From Solirubrobacterales bacterium (GTDB lineage: Bacteria; Actinomycetota; Thermoleophilia; Solirubrobacterales; 70-9), in NCBI GenBank assembly GCA_035573435.1, contig DATMZR010000031.1, positions 214,066 through 278,065 of the forward strand: a stretch of DNA of 64,000 nt, read 5' to 3'. Numbering within the stretch: position 1 is the stretch's first letter; the number at the start of each line of letters is the position of its first letter. Shown piece by piece: positions 1 to 9,480 of this stretch. Position numbers and translations under genes: made by a program. The notes below the pieces were generated by a model. That model was not told the origin of the DNA and made no database searches. It saw only the letters and a list, made by a program, of their open reading frames with translations.

Positions 1-866
1 AGCTTCTCGCCGACCTGGGCGAAATAGGTGTTGACCGAGTGGGTGAGCGCCGTCGTCATGTCGATGTCGCCGAACTGCTCGCCGCCGGCATTGGACAGCG
101 GCAGGCCCCCGATCTCCTGCGGCGAGCGCCCGCTGAGCACTGTGTCCGGGGTGAACTCGCCCGAGTCGAGCGCGGCGGCGGCGGTGACCACCTTCATCGT
201 CGACCCGGGTGGGTAGGTGCTCTGGGTGGCGCGGTTGACCAGCGGCGCGCTCTCATCTTTGTTCAGCTGCTTGAAGGTGTCCGTTTGCTTGACCAGGTTC
301 GGATCGAAGCCGGGCGTCGAGACCATCGCCTTGACCGCCCCCGTGGAGGGATCGATCGCGACCACGGCTCCGCCGGCACCGGCGGCACCGGCGGTCGAGG
401 CGATCGCCGACTGAAGCCCCTCGCTCGCCACCCGCTGCGCCTCCGAGTCGATGGTCAGGGTGAGGTCGTCACCTTCCTGGGGAACGTCGCGAAGCTGGTC
501 GATGATCGAGGCGAACTCGTTGCGCTCACCGGCCAGAAAGCCGTTCTCTGACCGCTCGATCCCCGAGCGGCCGACCTCGATGAAGCTATAGCCGACCGGG
601 TTTCCAAACAGGGCCCCCTGCGGGTACCTGCGGACGTACACGGGGTTCTTTCCGCCACCCACCGGAAAGCTCTCTGCGACCGTGACTCCGTCCGCGGTCT
701 TGATGGTGCCGCGCTTGACCGTCTGCTCGGCGATCAGCGGGCGGCGGTTTTCGGGATTGTCCCTGAGGTCGTCCGCGTCGAACACGGCCCAGTAGGACGT
801 GAACCCGACCAGCGCCGCGAACAGCAGCAGCATGAGCCCGTAGAGGCGGATGATCGGCGAGTTCAC
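1..866 (-). CDS. pbpA: Penicillin-binding protein 2 / PbpA-type transpeptidase (partial; C-terminus lies beyond the left edge)
   Basis: Minus-strand ORF running off the window edge, absent from the ORF track. My translation from GTG at 866 gives VNSPIIRLYGLMLLLFAALVGF...VVAIDPSTGAVKAMVSTPGFDPN...TYPPGSTMKVVTAAAAL. That is a TM anchor followed by the SxxK (STMK) transpeptidase motif. GTGA overlap with the rodA stop; synteny pstP-rodA-pbpA. Confidence 0.85.
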   Translation of the reverse strand, partial: MNSPIIRLYGLMLLLFAALVGFTSYWAVFDADDLRDNPENRRPLIAEQTVKRGTIKTADGVTVAESFPVGGGKNPVYVRRYPQGALFGNPVGYSFIEVGRSGIERSENGFLAGERNEFASIIDQLRDVPQEGDDLTLTIDSEAQRVASEGLQSAIASTAGAAGAGGAVVAIDPSTGAVKAMVSTPGFDPNLVKQTDTFKQLNKDESAPLVNRATQSTYPPGSTMKVVTAAAALDSGEFTPDTVLSGRSPQEIGGLPLSNAGGEQFGDIDMTTALTHSVNTYFAQVGEK

Positions 867-2230
867 GCCGGCAGCTCCTCCCAGTCCCGCCGAAGATCGC
901 GGGGCGGCGCCGGCGGGCGGCGTGCATCGTTGGAGATCATCAGCAACAGGGCGAGCAGGATCATGTTGGCGATCACCGAGCTCCCCCCGAAGCTGACGAA
1001 GGGAAGGGTGACCCCGGTCAGCGGGATGAGCCTGACCACGCCGCCGATGATCACCACCGCCTGGAGCGCGAACACCGCGGTGAGGCCTGCCGCCAACAGC
1101 TTCGAGAACCCATCGCGCGCCATGACTGCGATCTTCAGCCCGCGAGCGGTGATCAACGCATACACGGCCACCACGCCCGCGCCGCCAAACAACCCAAGAT
1201 CGCTGACGATGACCGCGAAGATCTCATCCGTGTGGGGCGCGGGCAGGATGCTGCCGCAGTCGGGAAACGGCTCTGCGCAGTGAGGCGCGAACGGCCCTGG
1301 GAGCTTCAGCAATGACTCCCCAAGTCCCTCCCCGAACAGGCCGCCGTCCGCCTGGGCGAACAGCGACTGCTGGATCTGGCCCGCCCCAACCGCCTTGCTG
1401 TGCCACGGGTCGAGCCAGATGTCGACCCGGTCACCGATGTGAGGGATGAGGCTCTGGACCAGTAAGGCGCCGACGAAGAAGAGCGCGATCCCCGCAACCA
1501 CGTAGGAGAAACGGGCGGTGGCGACGTAGAGGAGCGCCAGGAACGCACCGAAGAACATCAGCGAGCTTCCGACATCGCTGATGTAGAAGAGCATCAGCAT
1601 CGCCCCTCCCCAGACCACGAGCAGCGGGCCGAAGTGCTTCAGCGGTGGGATGGTCAGCCCCGCGACCCGTCGAGCAGCCACCGCCAGGAGCTCGCGCTTT
1701 TCGCGCAGATAGCTCGCCAGGAAGATGACGATGCAGATCTTCGAGAGCTCCGCCGGCTGGAACGAGAATGGGCCCAGGTTGATGTTGAGGTATGCACCGT
1801 TCACCGGTGCCCTGAGCCCCGGAACGCGCGTGGCCAGCAGCAACAGGATCCCGCCGATGGCGATCAGGTAGCGGTAGCGCTCTAGGGCGTGGTAGTCGCG
1901 GACGAACAGGATCGTGGCCGCAAGCAGAGCCGCGCCGCCGACGAAAATCGACGCCTGCTTCAGGGCCAGGTCCTCGTCGATCCGAAACAGCATCACCAGG
2001 CCGATCGCAGCCAGGAGCGCACAGAGTGGAAACAGGTAGGGATCGGCATAGGGGAGCCGCGCCCGGATGAACACGTGAATGGCGAGGCAGACGGCCAGGA
2101 AGTAGCCGCCGTAGATCAAGCTCAAATCCCCGATCTGGCTCGACTCGACGATGAACACCGCCGCGAAGCCGCCCGTGACGAGCAGGGCAACCGGGATCAG
2201 CGCGAACAGCTCGCGGTTGCGAGCGCTCAC
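863..2230 (-). CDS. rodA: SEDS-family peptidoglycan glycosyltransferase (RodA/FtsW)
   Basis: 455 aa polytopic membrane ORF with FtsW/RodA-like sequence throughout. It sits between the PP2C phosphatase and pbpA, as in the conserved actinobacterial operon. Confidence 0.85.
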   Translation of the reverse strand: MSARNRELFALIPVALLVTGGFAAVFIVESSQIGDLSLIYGGYFLAVCLAIHVFIRARLPYADPYLFPLCALLAAIGLVMLFRIDEDLALKQASIFVGGAALLAATILFVRDYHALERYRYLIAIGGILLLLATRVPGLRAPVNGAYLNINLGPFSFQPAELSKICIVIFLASYLREKRELLAVAARRVAGLTIPPLKHFGPLLVVWGGAMLMLFYISDVGSSLMFFGAFLALLYVATARFSYVVAGIALFFVGALLVQSLIPHIGDRVDIWLDPWHSKAVGAGQIQQSLFAQADGGLFGEGLGESLLKLPGPFAPHCAEPFPDCGSILPAPHTDEIFAVIVSDLGLFGGAGVVAVYALITARGLKIAVMARDGFSKLLAAGLTAVFALQAVVIIGGVVRLIPLTGVTLPFVSFGGSSVIANMILLALLLMISNDARRPPAPPRDLRRDWEELPA

Positions 2231-3504
2231 CGCCCGCCCCCACCACCCGAGCCGCCATTCTGAGGTGCGCGCCCATTTTGCGCCCCGGGCGCGCTCCCAT
2301 TCTGCTTGCCCTGCGCGTTCGAGCTTCGCGTGGCCCGCTCCGCCGCCGACTGGAGATCATTTAGCAGGTCGGCAGCGTCGTCGTGGGAGCGGAGCGTGTG
2401 ATTCGTGGCGCCGTCGCGTCGGTTGGCGGGAATCGCGCTGACCTGGATTGGCGCCGAGTAGATCTCCGTATAGAGATCGATCCCCAGCGGCAGCCGGTAC
2501 GGAAGCCCGCGGTACAGCGCGGCCCGGCCCCCGGAGTCCGTCCCGAGAAAGTACACCTGGTGCAAGCCATAGACGGCGGCGCCCACCACGGCGGCGAGGA
2601 CCGCGACCGCAACCAGGGACGTGGCGAGGCGCCGCGGCCACCTGCGAGCCGGCGTAATGGGCGCACCCCGCTCCCCGGGCCTCGCCGCTTCGCCGCTTCG
2701 GGCCTCCGCAAGAGCCCCCGCGGCCAACCCCGCCTCCTCCGCGGCCGGGCCGATCAGGGTGGGATGCTCCTTGGTCTCGGCCGCCTGCTCGGCGTCCTCC
2801 ACTCGGAAGGCGACCACGGTGATGTTGTCTCGGCCTCCGGCCTCGTTCGCCTCCCGCACCAGGCTCGAGACGGCGTCGTCGAGACTCTCGGTCTCCGCCA
2901 GCGTGGCCGCGATCCGCTCCTCACGGACCATCGTCGTCAGCCCGTCCGAGCAGAGCAGGTAGATGTCCCCGGACCGCGCCCGGTAGGTCATCGTGTCCAC
3001 CTCGACCTCCCGCTCAGGGCCCAGCGCCCGAGTGATGATCGAGCGCTGGGGATGGTCCTCAGCCTGCTCATCGGTCAGACGGCCCTGACGGCGGAGCTCC
3101 TCGACCAGCGAGTGGTCGGAAGTCAAGAGCTTCAGCTCACCCTCGCGGAACACGTACGCACGGCTGTCGCCGACGTGGGCGAAGCTCACCTCGTCGTCCT
3201 CCAGCAGGGCGGCCGTCAGGGTTGTCCCCATCCCCGAACGCGAGGAGTCGGCCTGGGCGAGGTGGTGAATGCGGGCGTTGGCTGTCCTGGCGATCGCTCG
3301 CAGGTAAGCCTCCGGTGACTCCTCGCCGCGGGTGACAGGCTCGAACGACTCGGCCGCCAGCCGCGAGGCAACTTCGCCGGCTTGCGCGCCGCCCATGCCA
3401 TCTGCGACTGCGAACAGCGACTCGCGAGCAAAGTACGCATCCTCATTCGCGTTGCGCTGACGTCCCGTGTCCGTGCGATGAGCCTCCTCGGCGACGCGCA
3501 GCAT
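2227..3504 (-). CDS. pstP: PP2C-family Ser/Thr protein phosphatase with C-terminal TM segment and low-complexity tail
   Basis: PP2C motifs FAVADGMGGAQAGEVAS, HVGDSRAY and LLCSDGL. One TM helix (LVAVAVLAAVVGAAVYGL). 4-nt overlaps with the neighbouring genes. Confidence 0.85.
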   Translation of the reverse strand: MLRVAEEAHRTDTGRQRNANEDAYFARESLFAVADGMGGAQAGEVASRLAAESFEPVTRGEESPEAYLRAIARTANARIHHLAQADSSRSGMGTTLTAALLEDDEVSFAHVGDSRAYVFREGELKLLTSDHSLVEELRRQGRLTDEQAEDHPQRSIITRALGPEREVEVDTMTYRARSGDIYLLCSDGLTTMVREERIAATLAETESLDDAVSSLVREANEAGGRDNITVVAFRVEDAEQAAETKEHPTLIGPAAEEAGLAAGALAEARSGEAARPGERGAPITPARRWPRRLATSLVAVAVLAAVVGAAVYGLHQVYFLGTDSGGRAALYRGLPYRLPLGIDLYTEIYSAPIQVSAIPANRRDGATNHTLRSHDDAADLLNDLQSAAERATRSSNAQGKQNGSAPGAQNGRAPQNGGSGGGGGR

Positions 3505-3983
3505 CAGACTCCGGGCACCTCGAGCTCGAAGCGAAACTCGGTGTCGCCGATCCGAAGCTCATCGAGGTCGCTCAGCTTCGCTTCCCCGTCGAGACGCCCC
3601 CCGTTGAGGAACGTCCCATTGGTGGAGTTCATGTCCTCAACGTAGTAGCTGGCTCCGCGTGAGTAGAGGCGCGCGTGCACCCCCGACGCGAAGCGGTCCT
3701 CGATCCTGACGTCGGCGTCGGTTGAGCGCCCGATCGAGATCCCTCCAAACAGATCGAAGCGCTCGCCCGGCTCCAGGCCTCCCCCGCGGGTCACCACCAA
3801 GGAGGCGTCGGTGGCCGCTGCCCGGCCGCCCGGTCCAACTGGATAGACGCCGGTCGCGTCAGGCGCTGGTGCGGACGTTCGGCGCAACTCGCGAAAGCCG
3901 CTCCTTGCCACCCAGAGCAGGAACAGATAGAGAACGGCGAGGAAGCCGAACTTGAGCGCTACCGCGATCGGCTCGGTCTCCAT
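3504..3983 (-). CDS. fhaB: FHA-domain membrane protein (FhaB/FipA-like)
   Basis: 159 aa with an N-terminal TM helix and a C-terminal FHA domain (GRSTDADVRIEDRFASGVHARL...STNGTFLNG). Operon position matches FhaB. Confidence 0.8.
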   Translation of the reverse strand: METEPIAVALKFGFLAVLYLFLLWVARSGFRELRRTSAPAPDATGVYPVGPGGRAAATDASLVVTRGGGLEPGERFDLFGGISIGRSTDADVRIEDRFASGVHARLYSRGASYYVEDMNSTNGTFLNGGRLDGEAKLSDLDELRIGDTEFRFELEVPGV

Positions 3984-3990
3984 GGAAAAG

Positions 3991-4797
3991 CTACTGCTCG
4001 ATGTCGAAGGTGAATCTCGTCGTCCCGAGTGTCACCTCGTCCCCGGGCGACAGCCGCGACCGGTCGACACGCCGGCCGTTGATCTTGACGCCGTTGGTCG
4101 AGCCCAGGTCGACGATCTGCCAGTCTCCGGTAGAGCCGCGGCGCAACTCCGCGTGCTCCCGCGAGACGTTCGGGTCCGCGAGCACACAGTCGCACCCGTG
4201 TGCGCGCCCGATCACCGCCACGGGGCCGTCAAGCACGTACCTGCGGTCATCCACGGTCACGATCGCCTTCGTCTCGGTCAGATGGCCTCCTGGCCGACGC
4301 CGCTCCTTGCGCGACTGCTTCGGCGGCGCGCTGTAGACCATCGTGTGGCCTTCCTCTCCCTGGGATGGCTCCTCGCCCTGGCGGGCGGGCGGCTTCACCA
4401 GCCGGGTCTGGATCCCAAACTCTCCAAGCCGCAGGCGGTCGTCCGTCTCGAGGTTGACCTCGGGTCGCGTCAGCAGCGCGTAATCCTGACGACGGGCGTG
4501 CTCGAGCAGGTACCCAGACAGCTCCTGCTCAAGCGAGCGCTCGTACCCCTCGAGCCGCTGCCGGTCCTCGGTGGACAGCCAGACCGTGTACTGGTTCGGG
4601 ACATAGACCCGGGACACGGACGCCGTCCGATGGGCGTCCATCTCCTTGGCCAGCTTGCGGGCGATCTCGACGGGTTGCACCTGCGACGAAAAGGCACGGC
4701 TGAATACCCCTTCGACGAGGTTCTCGATTCGTTGCTCGAGATTTCGCAGAACGCTGATCCGAAGCTCCTTGTGCGGGGCGGCGAGCGGCGGCCGCAC
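3991..4797 (-). CDS. fhaA: FhaA-like protein (DUF3662 N-terminal domain plus C-terminal FHA domain)
   Basis: N-terminus LEQRIENLVEGVFSRAFSSQVQPVEIARKLAKEMD is typical of FhaA/DUF3662. C-terminal FHA domain (IGRAHGCDCVLADPNVSREHAEL...STNGVKINGRRV). Exact start is uncertain. Confidence 0.8.
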   Translation of the reverse strand: MRPPLAAPHKELRISVLRNLEQRIENLVEGVFSRAFSSQVQPVEIARKLAKEMDAHRTASVSRVYVPNQYTVWLSTEDRQRLEGYERSLEQELSGYLLEHARRQDYALLTRPEVNLETDDRLRLGEFGIQTRLVKPPARQGEEPSQGEEGHTMVYSAPPKQSRKERRRPGGHLTETKAIVTVDDRRYVLDGPVAVIGRAHGCDCVLADPNVSREHAELRRGSTGDWQIVDLGSTNGVKINGRRVDRSRLSPGDEVTLGTTRFTFDIEQ

Positions 4798-4875
4798 CTG
4801 TGGGCACTGCTCGGTGGGGCAGCGAATCCTAGAGTGCTGACCCCCGCGAGCACACGCGAGCCTGACCCATCTGAA

Positions 4876-6444
4876 TCACGGCATTCCGCCCGATCCTCCG
4901 CCCTGGATTGCTGCGCGGCCGCCTGGTATCGGCGCCGGGGGGGCGGGAGCCTGCGGCCGGCGCACGCGGAACTCGATGATCACGGCCACGAGCGCCCCTG
5001 CCGCAATCAGCAGCGGGCGGTCACTGAGTCCGCCACCGTCGGACACGAGCTGGAGACCGGCTTCCAGCCCGGCCGACCACAGCAAGGCGCCGAGCAAAGC
5101 AAGGGCGACGTGCCCGGCGCGCAGAATCACCCCGAAAGCGGCGGCGGCCAGCGCGAAGACAAGTGCGCCGAGCAGCACCTCCGGGGCCAGGAGCGGCCAG
5201 ATCAGCGCGCTTGCGGCATCGGCCGTGGAACGGCTCCAACCGTGTGGCGCCTTGTCGATGAGCCCGAACCGCGACCCCGCGTCGATGCTCGCCGCCCCCA
5301 CCAGCAGCCAGCACCAGCCGAGTGCGCCAAGCACTCCACGCTCCAATGCGGTCCCGCGTGCTCCGGCTGCTGCCGGATAGACCGGCGCCGCCGATAACAC
5401 GCCGAGCAACGGAGCCACGAGTGGCAACGGGGCCCAAGACAGGCGCGAGGCGACGAGGATGGCGGGGGCGGTCAACAGGCCCAGGATCAGGGCCAGGCCC
5501 GGGCGCCCGAAGGCCGCGGCCACCAGCGTCACGGCCAGTCCCCATGCGGTAAGCGCCACGAGCTGGCCAACTCGCAGCCAGCCCGCTCCATCCCCGGCTC
5601 GCTCGTCAGCATGCGGTGGGGGGACGGGGCGCTGCCCGTCGAGCGAGGGAAGCGCCGCCACCAGACGGCGGTGGAGCTCGTGGAGCGGGGGGCGCGACCC
5701 CGGCTCCGGGCGAAGGCATCCGTCGACGCAGGCGGTGAGCCCGTGCGGGAGGTCCGGCCGATAGTCGCACAGCGAAGGAAGCGGGCGGCCGATCTCCCTG
5801 GCGGTGTGCGCCGGTGTTTCGCGCGCCACGGGGTTCGTGCCGGCCCACATCTCGTACAGCGTGAGCCCAAGCGAATAGGTGTCGGCCGGCTCACCGGCCG
5901 GCTCACCCTCGGCCTGTTCCGGCGCCATGTAAGCAAGCGTCCCAACCACGTCCCCGGTCGCCGTCAGCGCTGGACCGTCCGTCACCGAAGCAATCCCGAA
6001 GTCCATGAGCTTCGCTCGCCTACCCACGCCATCGTCAGCGCGAACGACGATGTTCTGGGGCTTGACGTCGCGGTGGATCACCCCGCGGCCGTGAGCGTGG
6101 GCGAGCGCCTCGCAGATGTCCGCGCCGAACTCCGCGACCTCGCGATCGCTGACACCCTCGCGCTGAGCCAGTTCCGCCAGCGTCGAGCCTTCGACCAGCT
6201 CGCTCACCAGCAAAGCCCGGTCACCAACCGAGCCCAACTCGTACAGCGTCACGATGCTCGGGTGGTTGAGGCGAGCGGCCGCCTGGGCCTCGCGCAGCAC
6301 CCGTCGAGCGTCAGCGCCGGCGATCTCCTTCACCGCAACCTGTCGCTGGAGCCTCTCGTCGAAGGCCCGATAGACGGTGCCCATCCCTCCCGAGCCGACC
6401 CGGTCCAGGACACGAAAGCGTCCCATGACGACCTCACCCAGCAT
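4876..6444 (-). CDS. Ser/Thr protein kinase fused to a polytopic membrane domain (no PASTA repeats visible)
   Basis: Hanks kinase motifs GSGGMGTVYRA, VAVKE, HRDVKPQNIV, DFGIA and APEQ in roughly the first 270 aa. A Pro-rich linker follows, then about 7 hydrophobic helices. Confidence 0.85.
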   Translation of the reverse strand: MLGEVVMGRFRVLDRVGSGGMGTVYRAFDERLQRQVAVKEIAGADARRVLREAQAAARLNHPSIVTLYELGSVGDRALLVSELVEGSTLAELAQREGVSDREVAEFGADICEALAHAHGRGVIHRDVKPQNIVVRADDGVGRRAKLMDFGIASVTDGPALTATGDVVGTLAYMAPEQAEGEPAGEPADTYSLGLTLYEMWAGTNPVARETPAHTAREIGRPLPSLCDYRPDLPHGLTACVDGCLRPEPGSRPPLHELHRRLVAALPSLDGQRPVPPPHADERAGDGAGWLRVGQLVALTAWGLAVTLVAAAFGRPGLALILGLLTAPAILVASRLSWAPLPLVAPLLGVLSAAPVYPAAAGARGTALERGVLGALGWCWLLVGAASIDAGSRFGLIDKAPHGWSRSTADAASALIWPLLAPEVLLGALVFALAAAAFGVILRAGHVALALLGALLWSAGLEAGLQLVSDGGGLSDRPLLIAAGALVAVIIEFRVRRPQAPAPPAPIPGGRAAIQGGGSGGMP

Positions 6445-6589
6445 TCCGGGTCCGAGCTTCGCCGCCGGCCTCGAGGACCCTCCCCGGACGGCGCAAGGCT
6501 TCGTGCGTAGGTACTCGTGCAGAGCGGGCTGCCGCCGGGGGCAGGGGTCATACTCTCCGGCGTTGGACGCCGTTCGCCAGCGTCAGATC

Positions 6590-7570
6590 ATGGTTCGCCG
6601 CGCGGTCGGCGCCGGCCTGGTGGTCGTGCTCTTGATCCTGATCGTGCTCGGGATCCGGGGGTGCCTGAATGAGCGCAAGCAGCGTGGTTTCGAGAACTAC
6701 GCCCGCGACTTGACCGCGATCGTCGCCCAGTCGGACCAGCTCTCCCACGACTTCTTCGCGCGGCTCAGCGACCCCGGAAACCTCAGCGCCCTCAGCTTCG
6801 AGGCCGAGATCAAGTCGTATCGAGGCGGCGCAGAGGACCTCACGAACCGGGTGGAGGCACTCGACACCCCGGACGAGCTGAAGGGTGCTCAGGGTGAGCT
6901 CAACCTGGCGTTCCAGCTGCGCAGTGACGCGCTCACCGGCATCTCCGACCAGATCTCCACCGCGCTGGGCACCCAGGGACGGAGCCAGGCCGTCCAGTCG
7001 ATCGCGGACTACATGCAGTACTTCCTGGCGAGCGACGTGCTGTACGCGCGGGCGCGGGACCAGATCAACGCTGAGCTCGAGGACCAGGACATCAGCGAAA
7101 GGGTGCCGGAGAGCATCTTCCTCGCGGACCAGCGCTGGCTTGATCCGCTCGAGGTCTCATCCGCCCTCGCGCTGGTCTCGAGCGGCAGCAAGAAGGCGAC
7201 CAGCGGCACCCACGGCCTAGCGCTTTATCAGACCACCATTCAACCCGGCGACATGACCCTCGATCCCAGCAGCGCGGCGACCGTCACCAGCACTGGTCCC
7301 CCCGAGCTCGAGGTCCAGGTCCAGAACCAGGGCGACTCCGAGGAGTCCGACATCGGGGTCAGCTTCGAGCTGACCGGGGGCGCCCAGACGATCTCCGGCG
7401 ACACGACGATCCCGCGGATCGCGCCCGGCGGGATCCAGACAGCATCGATCCCGATCCAGCCGGACCCGGATACGGGGAAGGCGCTCACTCTCGAAGTGAC
7501 TGTTCAGCCCGTCGTGGGAGAGCAGATCTCAGAGAACAATCGCTCGACCTACCAGGTCACCTTCCGCTGA
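6590..7570 (+). CDS. Membrane-anchored hypothetical protein with C-terminal CARDB-like beta-sandwich domain
   Basis: ORF 6377..7570 trimmed to the ATG at 6590, which avoids overlap with the kinase gene. N-terminal TM helix (GLVVVLLILIVLGI). The C-terminus ELEVQVQNQGDSEESDIGVSFEL...LEVTVQPVVGEQISENN resembles CARDB. Confidence 0.5.
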   Translation: MVRRAVGAGLVVVLLILIVLGIRGCLNERKQRGFENYARDLTAIVAQSDQLSHDFFARLSDPGNLSALSFEAEIKSYRGGAEDLTNRVEALDTPDELKGAQGELNLAFQLRSDALTGISDQISTALGTQGRSQAVQSIADYMQYFLASDVLYARARDQINAELEDQDISERVPESIFLADQRWLDPLEVSSALALVSSGSKKATSGTHGLALYQTTIQPGDMTLDPSSAATVTSTGPPELEVQVQNQGDSEESDIGVSFELTGGAQTISGDTTIPRIAPGGIQTASIPIQPDPDTGKALTLEVTVQPVVGEQISENNRSTYQVTFR

Positions 7571-7618
7571 TCAGTCGAGCAATCGGCCGCCGGCGGGCCT
7601 CCATACACTCGGACCGTT

Positions 7619-8479
7619 GTGCCAATCCGTGTCGCATTCCTGGGCCCAGCCGGGACCTTCTCAGAGGATGCCCTGCGAGCCGCTGTCGCGGGAGCGGAGA
7701 TCGACGCGCGGCCCGCGCCCAGCGTCTATGAGGCGATCCGGGCAGTGGCGGATGGAGACGCCGACCGAGCCTTGGTCCCGTTCGAGAACTCGATCGAGGG
7801 GGCCGTACGGTCGACCCTCGACACACTCGCGTTCGACGCACCCTCGGTGACGATCGCCGGCGAGCACGACCACCCGATCGCCAACAGCCTGATCGCACGT
7901 GAGGAGGTCCCCCTGGACCAGATCGCGGTCGTGCTCTCCCATCCGCAGGCAAGCGCGCAATGCGCGCGGTTCATCCGAGAGCAGCTTCCGAAGGCCGAGG
8001 TGCGCGCCGCCGCAAGCACCGCCGAGGCCGTCCGCGAGGTCTCCGCCAACTCGGAGCCGTGGGGCGCGCTCGGCGCGGCCTCCGCGGCGCGCATCTACGG
8101 CTGCGTGGTCCTCCGTGAGGGAATCGAGGACACTCCCGAAAACGTGACCCGCTTCGTCTGGGTCGCGCCCGCCGGCACCAGGGCCGATGGAGAAGGGCCG
8201 TGGCGTACCACGCTCGTCTTCGCCGAACTTGGCGACGACCACCCCGGCGCCCTGGTCGAGGCGCTCACCGAGTTCTCCAGGCGCCAGGTGAACCTGACCC
8301 GAATCGAGTCTCGCCCTCGGCGTCGAGGGCTCGGCCGCTACATGTTCTTCGTCGACCTCGATGGGGCCGAAGACGACCCGGCCGTCGCCGAGGCGATCGA
8401 GGCGTTGCGACACAAGGCGGAGTCCGTGCGGATCCTCGGCAGCTACCCCGTCGGCGTCAACGGGATCCCGGGCGCATAG
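7619..8479 (+). CDS. pheA: Prephenate dehydratase
   Basis: VAFLGPAGTFSEDA N-terminus, PDT domain and C-terminal ACT domain (GALVEALTEFSRRQVNLTRIESRP...YMFFVDLDG). Confidence 0.85.
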   Translation: MPIRVAFLGPAGTFSEDALRAAVAGAEIDARPAPSVYEAIRAVADGDADRALVPFENSIEGAVRSTLDTLAFDAPSVTIAGEHDHPIANSLIAREEVPLDQIAVVLSHPQASAQCARFIREQLPKAEVRAAASTAEAVREVSANSEPWGALGAASAARIYGCVVLREGIEDTPENVTRFVWVAPAGTRADGEGPWRTTLVFAELGDDHPGALVEALTEFSRRQVNLTRIESRPRRRGLGRYMFFVDLDGAEDDPAVAEAIEALRHKAESVRILGSYPVGVNGIPGA

Positions 8480-8515
8480 GGCGCGGTCTGGGACCAGGTC
8501 GCGGGACGGGAAATC

Positions 8516-9205
8516 GTGCCCGTCTACAATCGTGGCGCTATGGACACGCAGGGTGACCCTCATGTAGGGCTCCAGAGCGCCACGGCTCCGGAGTCACACA
8601 GGGTTGCGCCAGCGGTTGGAGATCCCAGCGCCAACGGCCACTCGCCGAGCCTTGCCACTAACGGCCACCGGCTGAACGGCCAGCGCTCACATATCGGGAT
8701 CAGTGGCCGGGTGCTCGTCCTCAACGCAAGCTACGAGCCAATCAACGTCTGCAACGTTCGCCGAGCCACGGTGCTCGTGCTGAAGGAGCGCGCTGAGGTC
8801 ATCGAGCGCGGCGAGGGCGCCCTGCATTCGGAGCGGCTGGTGTTCGACCGCCCGTGTGTCATTCGCCTGATCCGCTACATCCGCATCCCGCGCAACGTCC
8901 ACCGCCGCAAGATCACACGCAAGGCAGTCCTCGCCCGCGACGCGTGGACCTGCCAGTACTGCGGCCACCAGGCGTCGGGCCTGACGGTGGACCACGTGAT
9001 CCCCCGGAGCCGCGGTGGCGAGTCGGTGTGGGAGAACATCGTGGCGTCCTGCGCGCCCTGCAATCGCAAGAAGGGCAACCTGACCCCTCGGGAAGCACGG
9101 ATGCACCCTCGCAGCCGCCCCCGCCCGCCCGGGCCAACCGTGTTCATCCGCCTCGCGAGCCCGAGGATCCCCCTCGCCTGGCAGCCGTATCTGGTCGCGG
9201 CATAG
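8516..9205 (+). CDS. HNH endonuclease family protein
   Basis: HNH motif CQYCGH...LTVDHVIPRSRGGESVWENIVASCAPCNRKKGN. The N-terminal roughly 60 aa are low-complexity, so the true start may lie further downstream. Confidence 0.75.
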   Translation: MPVYNRGAMDTQGDPHVGLQSATAPESHRVAPAVGDPSANGHSPSLATNGHRLNGQRSHIGISGRVLVLNASYEPINVCNVRRATVLVLKERAEVIERGEGALHSERLVFDRPCVIRLIRYIRIPRNVHRRKITRKAVLARDAWTCQYCGHQASGLTVDHVIPRSRGGESVWENIVASCAPCNRKKGNLTPREARMHPRSRPRPPGPTVFIRLASPRIPLAWQPYLVAA

Positions 9206-9206
9206 C

Positions 9207-9234
9207 AAAGGGCCGCCCCGAGGGGCGGCCCTTT
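9207..9234. terminator. Perfect 13-bp GC-rich hairpin (bidirectional terminator candidate)
   Basis: AAAGGGCCGCCCC-GA-GGGGCGGCCCTTT starts 2 nt after the HNH stop. A short T-run follows the 3' arm on the plus strand and a matching one on the minus strand. It lies between convergent genes. Confidence 0.6.
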
Positions 9235-9480
9235 GTCAAGGCGCGGTTGGAAACGAGGTCGGGATTGTCGGCGGGGCGGGACTTCTCCCCACCTCCCTCG
9301 CTCGCCGGTGCCCGGGGCGGATTCCGCCAGGTCACCCGCACGAGACCGCCCCTTCGGGCGGCCACGGGGGCACCAAGGCCCCCGGCCTCCTAGCGGCCCT
9401 GCACCTCCGGCGTCCCGAAAAACATCTGACTCAAGTTAGGACCACCTCCTTTCTCCGGTCCTCCGATTGAAGCAAAACAA

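Noticed and set aside
9443-9456. CACCTCCTTTCT, identical to the 3' terminus of 16S rRNA.
   Set aside because: There is no flanking rRNA sequence, so this is not an rRNA gene or fragment of meaningful length. It is kept only as part of the structured-spacer finding.
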